Shown in pieces: positions 11,759 to 25,340 of a stretch of DNA of 64,000 bases. The number at the start of each line of letters is the position of its first letter. The first letter of the stretch is position 1. Position numbers and translations under genes: made by a program. The stretch is taken from positions 39,246,001 through 39,310,000 of the forward strand of contig CAIIXF020000001.1 of NCBI GenBank assembly GCA_903813345.2, given 5' to 3'. The notes below the pieces were generated by a model. It was not told where the DNA came from, ran no database searches, and was given only the letters and a program-made list of their open reading frames with translations. The stretch is from Owenia fusiformis. Its lineage: Eukaryota.

Positions 11759-13094
11759 TGGGATTACGCTCATAAATCTTTCTGTCTTGCACATGCAATA
11801 TGCTCTGATATAATGATTGTATGTTATTAATCAAGAAGGTGTTTCCTGTGTAGTACAGTGCTTTGTGAGCGATCCTAGGTGATTCATTAGACCCTGGGGT
11901 TTTGATGCAATGATGAGACTGTGATATACAGAAGCCCCAAAGTTATTTACACAACATAACTGGATACCAATCAATCTGGAAGAATGTTATTTTCTACATA
12001 AATCAAGATCTTTATATTTTTTAATATGTCCTTCTTTAGATATTTAATGGTGGGGGTTGTTTACACTGGATATGGGGCTGGGCTGTCTTTTTTGTTGACT
12101 AATAATAATGCCATGGTATTTCAAGGGCATGGAAGTGATGATGAGGTTTTACTGTATTTTTTATTAATTAAAATCAATTGAATGGACTTTTAAGTTAACA
12201 AAGTTTCCTGTTAATGGCCCCCTGGATAATTATCTGTGTTTGATGATTTAATAGAGTTTTCAACAGCGTGCAATAAAAATAAATCATTTTCTATAGAATG
12301 ATAAGTTTTTTTCATGAAGGGATATTAAATGCTTTCCTCATTATGCTCATGGGTCGACTTGACCTCATCCTCCCTGAATATAAAGAATTCTTTTCATGCT
12401 ACAATAAACTTAATGGTTTTGTTTATATATTTCTTTTTGTAAAACGCAATGGCAATGGCAGCAATTATATTGTTTACATATTCTTATTACAGAAGTAGTG
12501 AGTTCCTCTCATAAATAAAGTGTATTAGACATCATATGTGGAGTTTGTTTTTTCAATGAGACTATCACCATGAACATGCCACAACTAAACAAACCCTATT
12601 GAGCCTGAACCACAAATTGTTTTTCTTGACAATAGAGCAAATGGCATAAAAATGTCTATATCAGTTTAACACATAATAGAGTTTATCCATACAAATAACA
12701 GATAACAGCAACTGATCAAACATTCAAAAACAATACCAGAATGTTATTACTTCAATCAATGTATCCACAAAGTATTAAATGCAATGAATCAAACGAACTC
12801 ATTCACAATCATCCATTCAACTTATGTACAAGTAAATTGTCAGGCTCTATTATGTGATTTTTATGATTCCCTAAAGCTGACGTGTTGTCTTTCATCATTG
12901 CTTCATAGATGATCTTTCCACAAACAGAACTTCTTGAATCTTTGGACTAATGGATTAATTCACATTTAAACAGAGGTATAGTTTACTTTGCTTAATTAAA
13001 GACCAAGATATAAAGTAAAAATTTTTTGCATATCAATTTTTCATTGACAATACCAAACGGAATATCTCAAAAAGTAAAATGCAGAGATCCCAGA

Positions 13095-14320
13095 TGTGAA
13101 CAGGGACATGATCATAACACATAAAAGTGAACAGGGGCATGAACATAACACATAAAAGTGAACAGGGGCATGAACATTACAAATAAAAGTGAACAGAGGC
13201 ACGAGCATTAAAAGTGAACAAGGGCATAAACAATATACATAAAAGTAAACAATGGCATGAACATTACACATAAAAGTGAACAGAGCCAAGAGCATTAAAC
13301 ATAAAAGTGAACAGGGGCATGAATATTACACATAAAAGTGAACAGGGGCATGAATATTACACATAAAAGTGAACAGGGGCATGAACATTACACATTAAAG
13401 TGAACAGGGGCATGAACATTGAACATAATACATAAAAGTGAACAGGGGGCATGAACATTATACATAAAAGTGAACAGGGGCATGAACATTATACATAAAA
13501 GTGAACAGGGCCAAGAACATTAAACATAAAAGTGAACAGGAGTATGAACATTACACATAAAAGTGTAAAGGAGCATGAACAGTATACATAAAAGTGAACA
13601 GGAGCATGAGCATTAAAAGTGAACAAGGGCAAAAGTGAACAAGGGCGTGAACATTACACATAAAAGTGAACAGGGACAAAAACATTATACATAAAAGTAA
13701 ACAGGGACATGAACATTATAAAGAAAAGTGAACAGGGGTATGAACATTATACATGATGAAAGTGAACAGGGGCATGAACATTAGACATAAAAGTGAACAG
13801 GGCCAAGAACATTGTACATAAAAGTGAACAGGGGTATGAACATTACACATAAAAGTGAACAGGGACATGAACATTTCACATAAAGAGTGAACAGGGACAT
13901 GAACATTATACATAAAAGTGAACAGGGGCATGAACATTACACATAAAAGAGAACAGGGGCATGAGCATTATACATAAAAGAGAACAGGGGCATTAGCATT
14001 ATACATAAAAGAGAACAGGGGCATGAACATTACACATAAAAGAGAACAGGGGCATTAGCATTATACATAAAAGCGAACAGGGGCATGAACATTATACATA
14101 AAAGTGAACAGGGGGATGAACATTAAACTTAAAAGTGAACAAGAACATTACACGGAAAAATGAACAGGGGCATGAAAATTACACAAAAAGTGAACAGGGG
14201 CATGAACATTATACATAAAAGTGAACATGGGCATGAACATTACACATAAAATGTACAGGGGTATGAACATTACATATAAAAGTGAAAATGGGTTGAACAT
14301 TGCACATAATGATCAGAGGC
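13095..14320. repeat. 30-bp minisatellite (aaagtgaacaggggcatgaacattacacat)
   Basis: About 40 imperfect tandem copies read directly. Confidence 0.95.
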
Positions 14321-14868
14321 ATGATGAAATATTTAAGGAATGAACTTTTATGATTTATATATGTGTTTCTCTCTAAGAACAGATAACTTGTAATTGTTAA
14401 ACAAATGCTGCTTTTCTAGGGCAACAACAATGCTGGCTGAATATGTTATGTTGGCACTCCTATTGGTGACTCTCTGTTGTCAAGGTATGTCTATATGTGT
14501 CAGGGTGTGGGGAAGAATAAGATAATCGTGCCTACAAAACTGTCAAGTCGAACATGTCAAATGAGGATTGATTTAGCATTTACATTAGCACTTATGCTAT
14601 TTTGCTAATCAGAATAAATATAGTATTGTAACAAAGATTGAAACTGCATTTGTGCTGTTTTAGTGCAATATTTTGCATCAATTTTCTACCTGTAGCCTTG
14701 CTTCCATCCTTTGTGACCCCCTATACTTGTACCTCTGGGGGGGGGAGTAGATAGGTTGAGGGCAGAGATGATGCAATATTAATCTACCCCCACACTATCA
14801 ATGTTCCTCCCAGCAGTGTGTCAATGAGACAATACAGGCACTTGTTGCAAGACAATAATCAACATACA

Positions 14869-15511
14869 CAGGGTGGGCCAATAAAAATTGGAACATTTTT
14901 CTATTTAATCAATTTTCTTTACTTATAATTGCAGTTCAATCCACAAAAATTCAGATACTGGTAAGTTGATTATTTGTGAAAATGTTAAAGATAAAAATAT
15001 GTATGCATAATTATTTTTGGCTTGTCATGGTCATTCTCTATAATATTCTGCGTGTCTTCTGAACAATTTCAAAATGTTACCTGCTTGAGACAACACTGCT
15101 GAAAATACAGTATCTTTCATACCATACAATATGTACCCTTCAAATGGTCTCAGCACAATTTCCATCAATTAAAACATATGTAGTAACCCCTAGGGGGGCT
15201 AGCCATGTCTTTCTTGGATAATATAGCTTGACTGACCCCAGCTTTTTTCAAAACTGGCAAAATATGTCTCAAATCCTATCATTTAAGCCATGTATGACTG
15301 TCAAATACACCTTAGAGTGATTGGGTTGGTGGAGGACATGGTCAGGAAACCCTTGCATTGAGTATTTAAATGTTGAGCTTGTATATTCATATTTACACAA
15401 GCTGTTGACAATGATTTGTTTTTCAATTTCCCAAAGTGTTGAAGATGATACATGACTAACAAAAAGTTACAATGGAATGAAAAAATGTACTAATTTTTTT
15501 GGCCCAACCTG
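14869..15511. mobile_element. Tc1/mariner-like MITE
   Basis: cagggtgggccaataaaaattggaacattttt / aaaaatgtactaatttttttggcccaacctg followed by TA. Confidence 0.65.
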
Positions 15512-15786
15512 TACATGTATAGCAATACCAGCAGAATAAAGAATATAACAATTTTTAGTTGTACATCATTGATAAATGTAACTCTTGCAGGTCACAGTGA
15601 CACAAACCCTCGCAAACGTTTATTGACTTGATAAAACATGATATATTTTATGTTTTGTTCGATTCATAATTCAACTCTTAAGTTAAGATTTAGATTATAA
15701 CCTTCACATTACAGACCATTATTTCAAATAAAAACACGTTGTAGTTAAAACCACACGTAATAAGCGAAGGTTATTGATGGTTGTGA

Positions 15787-16570
15787 TGTGTTCTGCTATC
15801 ATACCCATGTGTTATGCTGTTATACCCATGTGTTTTACTGTTTTTTTTTTTATTATATCTTGGTTACCGCCATATTTGGCGAGCAATACCTCATTGGTAT
15901 ATTCCGTATTTTACGTATTTTACACACGAAGATAGAGCCAGAAACCCCTCCTTGGAGGAGCCCTGTGTTCTTTTATGTGCACAGGTACACAGACATACAG
16001 GTACACACCACAGCCTTTTATACGAGTCGTGAACCACTCAGTCAAACACCCAGAATTACATAACGCACAAACAAACTTGTCTGAACCGGGAATCGAACCC
16101 GGGGCCAAGCAATATTGGTAACCTTGACTCTCTCTGCCACTGAGCCATAGCGGGTGGACTAAACCCATGTGCTGTGCTATTATACCCATGTGATCTACTG
16201 TTATACCCATGTGTTCTGCTCTCATACCCATGTGTTCTGTTGTTATACCCATGTGTTCTACTATTATACCCATGTGTTGTGCTATTATACCCATGTGTTC
16301 TGCTGTTATACCCATGTGTTCTGCTATTATACCCATGTGTTCTGCTGTTATGCCCATGTGTTCTGGTATTATACCCATGTGTTCTACTATTATACCCATG
16401 TGTTCTGCTATTATACCCATATGTTCTGCTGTAATACCCATGTGTTCTGCTGTTATACCCATGTGTTCTACTATTATACCCATGTGTTCTGCTGTTATGC
16501 CCATGTGTTCTGGTATTATACCCATGTGTTCTGCTATTATACCTATGTGTTCTGCTATTATACCAATGTA
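15787..16570. repeat. 21-bp minisatellite (ctgctattatacccatgtgtt), interrupted by a SINE
   Basis: Units at 15787-15840 and 16163-16570. Confidence 0.95.
15841..16160 (-). mobile_element. tRNA-derived SINE with Meta-like central domain and poly(A) tail
   Basis: On the minus strand: A box TGGCTCAGTGG, B box GGTTCGATTCC, central TAAAAGGCTGTGGTGTGTACCTG..GTGCACATAAAAGAAC resembling the recalled MetaSINE domain, ending ATAATAAAAAAAAAAA. Confidence 0.85.
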
Positions 16571-17911
16571 CTTCAACCTAATAAGTGAATTGTCTTTATA
16601 TCTTTGTGTTATGCTATTTTACCTATATGCTCTACTATTATACAGGGTTCCTAGCAGAATCTCTAGATCACCTAGAAAAGAATACAAATCTACCCTATGG
16701 TGTTAACTGTGCCTGTTACAAGGGGAACATTAATTGGCTTCTTCCACTGGAGACAAAGGACATTTACAATTAACATGTAGTCTTGTATACTTCAATCAAT
16801 AAATGTAATATATAATAAGTTCTATGTATCAACAGTCATTTGTTAAGAATGAGCTAATTCCTGTATATCACTTAACTAATTCCTGTATATCACTTATAAC
16901 TATGAGCTCATCCCTGTACATCTCTGTGATAACTATTAACTAAGGAATCAATTCCTATACCTATGGTGTAAAAATAATTGTGGCAAGAGAAAAAAAAAAT
17001 GCGTCTATTTAGTATACTTATTTATGTGGTATACACTAACTGTCATCTTGAATAATATTTGGAACATGATGAGTTGATGATCAAGATCATGCTGACCTAA
17101 ATGAGTTGCACAAATGTCATGGTCACAATAAAACCTTAAACACACTGATGCTAGTGAAAACTACTGGAAAATATAAACGAAGTATTAAAACCCCTAGAAA
17201 CCTAGTCTTTTGTTCCAAACTGCTGCTGATTAAGTAAGTTCAATTTTCTGAAATGACGCTCCATTGTGCGCTACATACATGTACAATAGAGACACAAAAA
17301 TGCAGAACTTTCATGTTACTTTCAGTATCCTATATGTATTTATTGTACTTTTGGTATGTAAAAATGTACATATGCATTTTACATTAAAAATAAATAAAAA
17401 GCTATGCAAAATGCAATAGTTCTAGACTGGCATGTCCACAACTACAGCTAATACATCATAAAAATGCAGCCTGTTTTTTCCAGAAACAACCACTAATATT
17501 CATGTACAATTATGTATCTAATAATGTGAGAAGTAAAATTTAGAATACTGATTTTATTAATGATTGATTGCTTATCTCTTGCTAGTCATGGTGTTGATTT
17601 ATAAGCCTAGAATATATCATACTTTTCATACAGGTAACAATCAGATCAAATATCTAATAACCCTTGCAAAAAATTACATTTGGACTAAAAGACATTTGGA
17701 CTGAAATTAGTAATCACAGTACAGCATCACAATAAGGTTGAATAAATTATTCCATGGTTGGTTAATTACACATAACAAGTGGATATGGTTTGCAGGTACT
17801 GTTATATGGTATATCAAGCATAGACATCTCAGTCTCTGGCTTTCCATATTAAGCCTTCAAGCAATACATCACCCTGTCTGCAATGATTTATAATGACAAT
17901 CAATCAACATC

Positions 17912-18120
17912 CAGGCCCGTAGCCAGGGGGGGTTCGCAGGGTTCGGGCAAACCCCCCCCTGGCCAAAAATTCTTTCAAAATCATGCAGTTTTTGACCATT
18001 TTGAGCACTTCTCTAGTGATTTTAGCCTAATTTGGGCCAAAATTGTCAAATGTGAACCCCCCCCTGGAAATTTTTGAAAATTGAACCCCCCCCCCTTGGC
18101 AAATCCTGGCTACGGGCCTG
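17912..18120. mobile_element. Intact 209-bp MITE with 5-bp TSD (hAT5-like)
   Basis: TIR caggcccgtagccagg / cctggctacgggcctg. TSD acatc at 17907-17911 and 18121-18125. Confidence 0.9.
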
Positions 18121-18326
18121 ACATCTCTATGTTACAATAACTTTGTGAGTATTGTTGAAACATATACACAATAGTGTTGAAACATGTACACTCAAGTCCT
18201 GGAAGTTGATCCTGATTCCTATTTGGGGAGATAGATATAAGCAATTTTCAACTTAGGTCATTGATGAGAAATCAGAATCTTTTGGAAAGTGGTGCCTAAT
18301 ATATCCCCTAGCTTTTGGAAAGAATT

Positions 18327-20351
18327 GGTATCGATATGGGGAACTTTTTGAACACATGTTTCTCTTAAACCAGTCATCAAAAATTTCTTAAAATCTTACA
18401 CATTGCCATTTTAATGGCCATCTTTTGAATTGTAACAATATAATTTGAAATAGATATACATAAGTTCATCTATATTGTTTTAAAAAACACATCAAACACT
18501 TGTTGTGTTCTTGGTATCATGTTTCCAGAGTGAAATGAAACATCTTTCCGAACCTCATTGGAACAAAACGACATAAACACAACATGTTTAGGTCTCTCAA
18601 TATTGTAATTGTACAAAGGAAATTTTGGTTCATTTTAAAAAAGTATCTAGTTAATGAAATAAAGGGATTTTCTTGATTTTTATCTATTTTGGGGGGATTT
18701 TGTTTTAATTTTTGAATACTTTTTTAAAATGAACCAAAAATTCCTTTGTATAACATTAATATTGAGAGGTCTAAAAACATGTTGTATACGCTATTTTGTT
18801 CCAACAAGGTTCGGAAAGACCGGAAAGACATTTTATTTCATTCTCAAGAATTGGTAGAGAGGAGCAAAAACAATTGCACTAAAAAACAAAAAATGTTAAC
18901 AAAAACGGTTATATAAAATATTTCTAAATAATTTTCGCATTAAATTGTTGTCAATCAGTCAACATTACATAAAATACCATGTTTTTTTACAGAATGTTTT
19001 TAATGATTGGTTTAAGAGAAAAACATTGTTGAATTCAGTTCTCCATATCCACGGTGTATAACCCAAACGCTCCTACATGCACGACGGAGCGTTTCATTTA
19101 CGCGGAAACGCTCCGGAGCGAAATAAAATGGCGGCTAATGAAGATTCCACTATGACCGTAAGTATTGTTCCTCTTGTTTCTCTTACTTATCATATGTTAT
19201 GGTGAAATATTATGTACCATTCGATGAACAATACCGTGAGCAAAGACCTGATTTATTCAACATCTGGTGGTAAACTGTTATTTGCTTGATCAAAGCTCCG
19301 TAGTGTAGATCGAACGAATCTGAAGATGACGATTTGACCACAAATTACGAATTAAACTAGTATTTCTATGAAAACGTTAATCTTTCTGTTAAAGTTGTAG
19401 ATCACAAACTCGTATATTCTCATTTCCTAGAATCCCAGTCCAAATCCATTACTTGTTCTCGAGAAATCGCTTGTTTTCCTCGAAACGCTCCGTCGATTTA
19501 GAACACAATTTTAGAAACGCTCTTACCATTTTGTTTTGATATAATTTTCAGATTATTAGAGAAGAGTTTCGAATCAAATCTATCTCTCAAAAACGTGTTG
19601 TACTTGTTAGGCAAATTGAAACATCTGAACCTGGTGGTGCTAAACCTGCAACTAGCTGATTTAAGCCTACATTAGATGATGTCATGCCTACATTTGTGCT
19701 AAATCATATAACTATAGAAAAAAAGAAAATTTATATGTGAATTAATCTTTCTTCTATTGATGCCAAGGGGTATAATAGATCTTTTCTTTCTCTTCCTGAA
19801 AAGAAAAGGCAAGCTATATATTTCCTAAACTGATCTAGACTACCGGAGCGTTTCCAGTTCACTGTGTTAACCAGATCGGAGCGTTTCTTGAATATGAGAA
19901 TGTCATCATTTTTAAGACTGGATTTTCGGTCATCAAATCACTATTGCGATAATGTATGGCGCGTTGAAGTATTGGAATTTGACTAAAATATACGTTGGTG
20001 CTCTAATCTTAGCTCAACTAATCACATGTATCGACAAAAAGGGTTTTGACCGGTAGAATGACAAATACGTTTTTGAATTTTGATAACTATACTGCTTCGT
20101 ACAGCTCTTCCTAATTGCTTCAAACGTCAACAGTCAGCCAAGTACAACATGAATATCACACCCATCGAATGGTATACTCGAAATATGTAACTCATACCTC
20201 TTATTCTCATTATTGGGGAAATCGTCAGACGGCTCATCATTCCCGCCAGTCAGTTTTCCTACTCCGGAGCGTTTCTTTGTTTAATTTCAGTAATGAAACG
20301 CTCCGTCGTGCATGTAGGAGCGTTTGGGTTATACACCGTGATATCGATACC
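18327..20351. mobile_element. Foldback element centred near 18680, right arm interrupted by the CACGGTG element
   Basis: ggtatcgatatggggaact..tttctcttaaacca (18327-18373) mirrors tggtttaagagaaa..agttctccatatc[insert]gatacc. Inner arms 18530-18645 / 18715-18845. Confidence 0.75.
19050..20340. mobile_element. Non-autonomous Transib/RAG-like transposon (CACGGTG termini, 5-bp TSD)
   Basis: Perfect 49-bp TIRs CACGGTGTATAACCCAAACGCTCCTACATGCACGACGGAGCGTTTCATT. TSD atatc at 19045-19049 and 20341-20345. Confidence 0.85.
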
Positions 20352-21103
20352 TATCCTTTAGACTCAAATTCACACGTTACTATATCTGTCAGTTTGCCAT
20401 TTTTGTGAATAAAAAGAGAGTTGCTTAATGACAGAATTCTACTTTGATTTAGTACACGTTTGGTACAAATGATAGGGTAATATTATCAGGGTAAACAATT
20501 ATATCATGAGAGTATTTACTTGATGTTTATCCTTGAATGCAGACACAACAGAGTTGCAGGATATATTGATATTCAATTGATATTAGCAAGAACATTCTTC
20601 CTATGTAAATATTTACATGTATTTCAAAGACCATGATCATATTGGGTGATATGTCACATTAGAGCCACTTTTATACGATTATATCTTGGATTATGAATAT
20701 TTTCTGACCATGGATACAGATACTAGTATATCTTTTAGATCCATTCATTATCTACATGAAAAGAATATATAATGATAATTCAAGTTCATCAGACAAAGTG
20801 ATATTAAAGGGGTAATGGACCCACAACATACTTTTTCAAAATTTTCACTGAAAAGACAACCTTTTGTCATAAAGTGGATTGCTCCAGGGACTTAAAAAAA
20901 ACTGCATCTGGATGACCAAAACGAGCTCAAATCAATGGAAAGCATGAATTTTCTATATGGGGAAATAACATCGAGTACTAGTACTATATAGTCCTATAGT
21001 ACTAGTCTGAGAGCAATTAAGTTTTCATTTCAAGAACTAATTAATAATGCATAAACATTGTAAAAAGATTGCCTTGTAAAAGTATGTTGGGTCAACTGTA
21101 ACC

Positions 21104-21756
21104 TTTTTTTTTTTTAATAATAATAATGTTTATTTCAAAACTTCTAAGGCCACAGGCCTCCTAGTTACAGTTAATTTTCATACAATTTTAGACAGTGATA
21201 AGCAAAACAACTTAAATTACAAATTAAGTTTTCATTTTGAAGCAGCACGCTAACCACGAGTAGCAATTTTATTAACGTGAATGCAGTTGAACCATGAAAC
21301 GTGAGAGTCTGATACGCGCGATTCGATAGTTTTGTTTTCCCAGGAGCTCCGACCCCAATACAAGCTCTCCATTGCTCAACAGATATTCCCATACTTTGGC
21401 CTGGCCACTATGGTCATGCACTATTACACAGCAGTTTTCAATAGATACAGGCTATTTATGTGGTTACAATATGTACAGCTATACATGAACTGACCTACTT
21501 ATGTCCACTATTTGGCTGCCAATAAAACAATATTTATATGTAAAATGATCTAACTTTCTCACCGGAATTTTGTATCCTGTGTTCAATTTAGTCCAAATAT
21601 TTTATGTATCCAAGATTCCTAGTATGTTCATGAACCATGTATCAAAATATTGTAACTGCATCCTATATATTTTTTAACTTTTAGACAATTTTAATCAGAG
21701 CTGAAATTTTATTTGTTTTCCTTGGTCACTGCCACAAAATTTATATAACTTTATAT
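21104..21756 (-). mobile_element. Internally deleted non-LTR retrotransposon (5' end joined to 3' tail) with TSD
   Basis: TSD aactgtaacc at 21094-21103 and 21757-21766. Minus-strand tail AATAAAC(ATT)n-poly(A). ORF start MGISVEQWRACIG followed by a hydrophobic stretch (21392-21171). Confidence 0.7.
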
Positions 21757-24700
21757 AACTGTAACCTCAATATCAACAGTCCAATTCACCAGATTATCAC
21801 TGAATATACTTTTCATTGAGATAATAAATGGATCTGGAAGATATGCCTGTCTTCGTGGTCAAAAAATAGTCTGAAAACATTTGCCAAAACCCATATGGCC
21901 TTTTAAATCCAAAACACAGTGTGAATCATCATTCAATGCAATTTCAATGAAGAAGCCTACCTGGTTAGATTTACATTGAATACCATCACACATATTTCTG
22001 GCTTACCTAGGGTTGATTGGGGATTTCTTTTTATAGTTTATCCACACTAGGCCCGAGTGGCAGTATTTATACTTTTTGGATACCTGTAAGGCCAAGGAGT
22101 TTGAAGATGCAACTAGGGGAGATGCCTCAAACTTCGACATATGGGGTTTCTTCATCATGGGGCTACTACAACAATGTGGTTATTTCGACCATTGCCATTG
22201 CTGATAATTCATATTTCCAAGGTTGGCTATCTTGGATTAAGATCTCGCCAGTTGGAGATTTTAATTCATTTTTAAAATTTTCCAAAAACAAACATGGTGG
22301 ACTTCGACAATCAGAAATATAAGCCGATGTTGAAATAGCCCCATGGTCAAAATAGCCCAATGACGAAGTATCCAATAAGTCGAAATTCTATGCATCTCCT
22401 CTATCAGAAGAGCAACACATACAAAAATATCTTGTCATAATATACTTTGTATATTTTACTGGCCGAAGATAATACAGTTCAACCATTAGATACACATTTA
22501 AATGAACTCCATGAAATGAAGATATTTCATGTGAAAGATATAAATTCCATTCTTAACATTTTACACATGTAAGGGAAGCATTTGTATGACATAGTAGAAG
22601 AGGAGGAAAACCCCCATGATTCAATTGATGACATACGATTTCCTCCTTCGCGCACCTCCTTTTGTCGAAAACGTACCCTCCATCTTGGTTTTCAAAGTTA
22701 TCAAATTGACCTAGTTTTAAACCAATCAACGACGATGTCATCTCAATACAGATTTACATTATAAGCGTATGTCTTTGAACCCAGGGGTTTCTCCCCCTCT
22801 TACATAGTAGTTAGATCAATACAAAACATACATTCAGCTATATAGCTTTATTGGAGCTGTATAATACCTTCATACCTAATTATACAATTTCTTTAAATCA
22901 TCTTTCTTTACCTTTAAGAAAATATGTTTTGGTACACATACTAATAATATCAAAGGTGCCTTGTCCCTTATTTTGAAAACAAAACAAAAAGTGATAATTG
23001 ATAATTCAATGGTTTTTTGACAGTCATAACTCATCAGATATATGAAATATCATAGAATACCATACAGGAGCTGTTGACATTACCAGCAGAATGAGTGAGC
23101 GAGGTATTCATAGGATGTTCTGTTTATCCCATAGTTAACATGTCTGTCTGTAAGATTTTAAGTTCCATTTTTGTGAAGGTTTTTGACATTAGTCTTCCGT
23201 ATTCTTCCCTTGTTTTCTGTGATGTGTTTGCATTTGTCTGTTCTTCTACAAAACTATTGATATTCTCATTACTGTTTTATATCTTTCTGGTAATAGGCCC
23301 TGACTTGGTCCAAATCAAACATAGCTGATTGACCATTTTATTTTTCAAATGAACACTGATCACTTGATTCACTTAATCAATAATCACGATGTAACTAAAT
23401 GTATTCACATTATGTGAGTAGTTCAAATTAATGGAAAAAGTGATAATTGTAGAATATTTTCTGTATGACATAGATATCACTTTTTCCACACACTAGAAAA
23501 ATATCATACAGTATTATTAAATGTAATTGCATTTATCATATATAATTTGGCCTCAACTATGGGATAAAATCAAAGATCAGAAAAGTGTAACTGTGGAAAG
23601 GGAGTTAATTGTAATGAAATATCTGAATATTAGACCAACGGGCATTTGGGCAATTTTTGCTGCTCCACTTTAATAAATCATGGCCTCCAGGATTGCCCAA
23701 AATGTCTCAAACTTTAACGTGTCATTATATTCTACTGACACTGCCATTGTTTGAAAATTCAAAAACCATTTGTTCCACCTTGTAGTAGTTCTACAATCAC
23801 TCAATAAAAGACAAGGCATCTTTCATCGCTATTATCTAAAACTTATTTTGAATACCCTCCTTCGTAAGTTACATGAAGGTAAATATAATCGAAGATTAGA
23901 AAATTGATGCAGAATAGAAAATGAATGACATTGTTGATGTATTGCTACTGAGCAGTTAATACACCCAGCCAATTAATCTCTGCTTATAACCAACTACTTT
24001 ATTGGTATCACACTTTGTATTGCTTACCAAATAGTACCATACTTTGTATTGACTACCACAGTGTAGAAAACTTTGTATTAAGTACCATTTGGTACCATAC
24101 TTTGTATTATATACCATGTGAAACCATACTTTCTACTTTGGGCCATAGCATACCAAAATATGAGTGGTACCATACTTCATACATTGCATAATATTCAGTT
24201 AAAATGCATATGTGCATTGGTGTATCTCAGTATGCAGTGTGCACCATTGGCTGTAAACATATACAAGAAACAGTGATCTCCCCAAGATTAGAGAAAATGG
24301 CTGCTGCATTATGTTGAAAATTGTGGACTAGCTTTTTGAAAATGTGTTAGCTCGATGTCATGAGAATAAAATATCAAGGTATTGATCAGATTTTTTGGCT
24401 TCATTTTGAGCCATTTTGAGAGAATGTTCATTTTAATAATGATCTTAATCCAGAAGCCGAAATTACTTGGCTAGAAGACATGGCATGTGGACCACCCTGA
24501 AGTAATTAAAACGTTCGTCAAAAATTAAATCAACAGCTTCAATAAAAATGGCGGATGTTCGAGGACAACGACAAAAACTGGATGAAAATGTTATTAATGT
24601 CTGACATTATAACTGGCTGTAAATGCAATCCAAAAGATTTGAACTAATACATTGATCACTTCGTGCGTGCTTTGAGTGTTTTTGTGAGCTAAAAGACCAA

Positions 24701-25340
24701 AACTCACAATCCAAATTGTGAAGTGAAAAAATGGCGGCTGGTTGATTTCAAATTTTATGATCACGACATGCCTCATATACATGTAGAATAAAACACACGG
24801 GGATTTATGATAGGGGTAAGGCTGCAATATAGTGGAAGCCTTAGGAGAAGGTAAGTTACTATCATATTTTATATTTACCACACTTTCACTTTCAATGCAA
24901 TATGCTTACCTTACATGCACTGTACGAAGTATGGACCAGTTCTATACACAGTTACTGTGTATGTATCATACGCATAACTTGATATGCAGCATACAATGAA
25001 GTATACCTGTATCTAGTCGTTTACTCAATACTAGTATAAAGTCCTTCCCCTATGACATGGATTGCACAATATATGACAAAGAGTGGGAATTAAAGTTCAG
25101 TAAAATATCTTGTTCCCCTCATGTTTAGCTTCCCCAGAGCCTCAGCAGCAGCAGGCATAATTTCTACACTAAAATATCCAGTGCTTTATGAGATCCTTTT
25201 CCCGGATCACAGTCTTACTGCAAACTTTCAAGACAGTGCCTATATCCAGCAGGCAACTGTTTAATTCATCTTTCACTTAATTCCCCCACATGGAGCACCC
25301 TTCATCTCTTACATGATCCTCCACTTCCTTCATCTTCACA

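Noticed and set aside
13095..14320. CRISPR-like regular repeats
   Set aside because: Head-to-tail units with no unique spacers, eukaryotic context and no cas genes.
16075..16160. tRNA gene
   Set aside because: Has A/B boxes but no convincing cloverleaf, and continues into a SINE body and poly(A) tail.
15920..16706. Overlapping 139-218-aa repetitive ORFs
   Set aside because: Products of the 21-bp minisatellite plus SINE sequence.
20805..20830. Kolobok-like left end (TTAA AGGGG..)
   Set aside because: No matching right terminus found.
22017..22764. Short ORFs between ADI1 and FBXL20
   Set aside because: No recognisable domain and no consistent splice structure.
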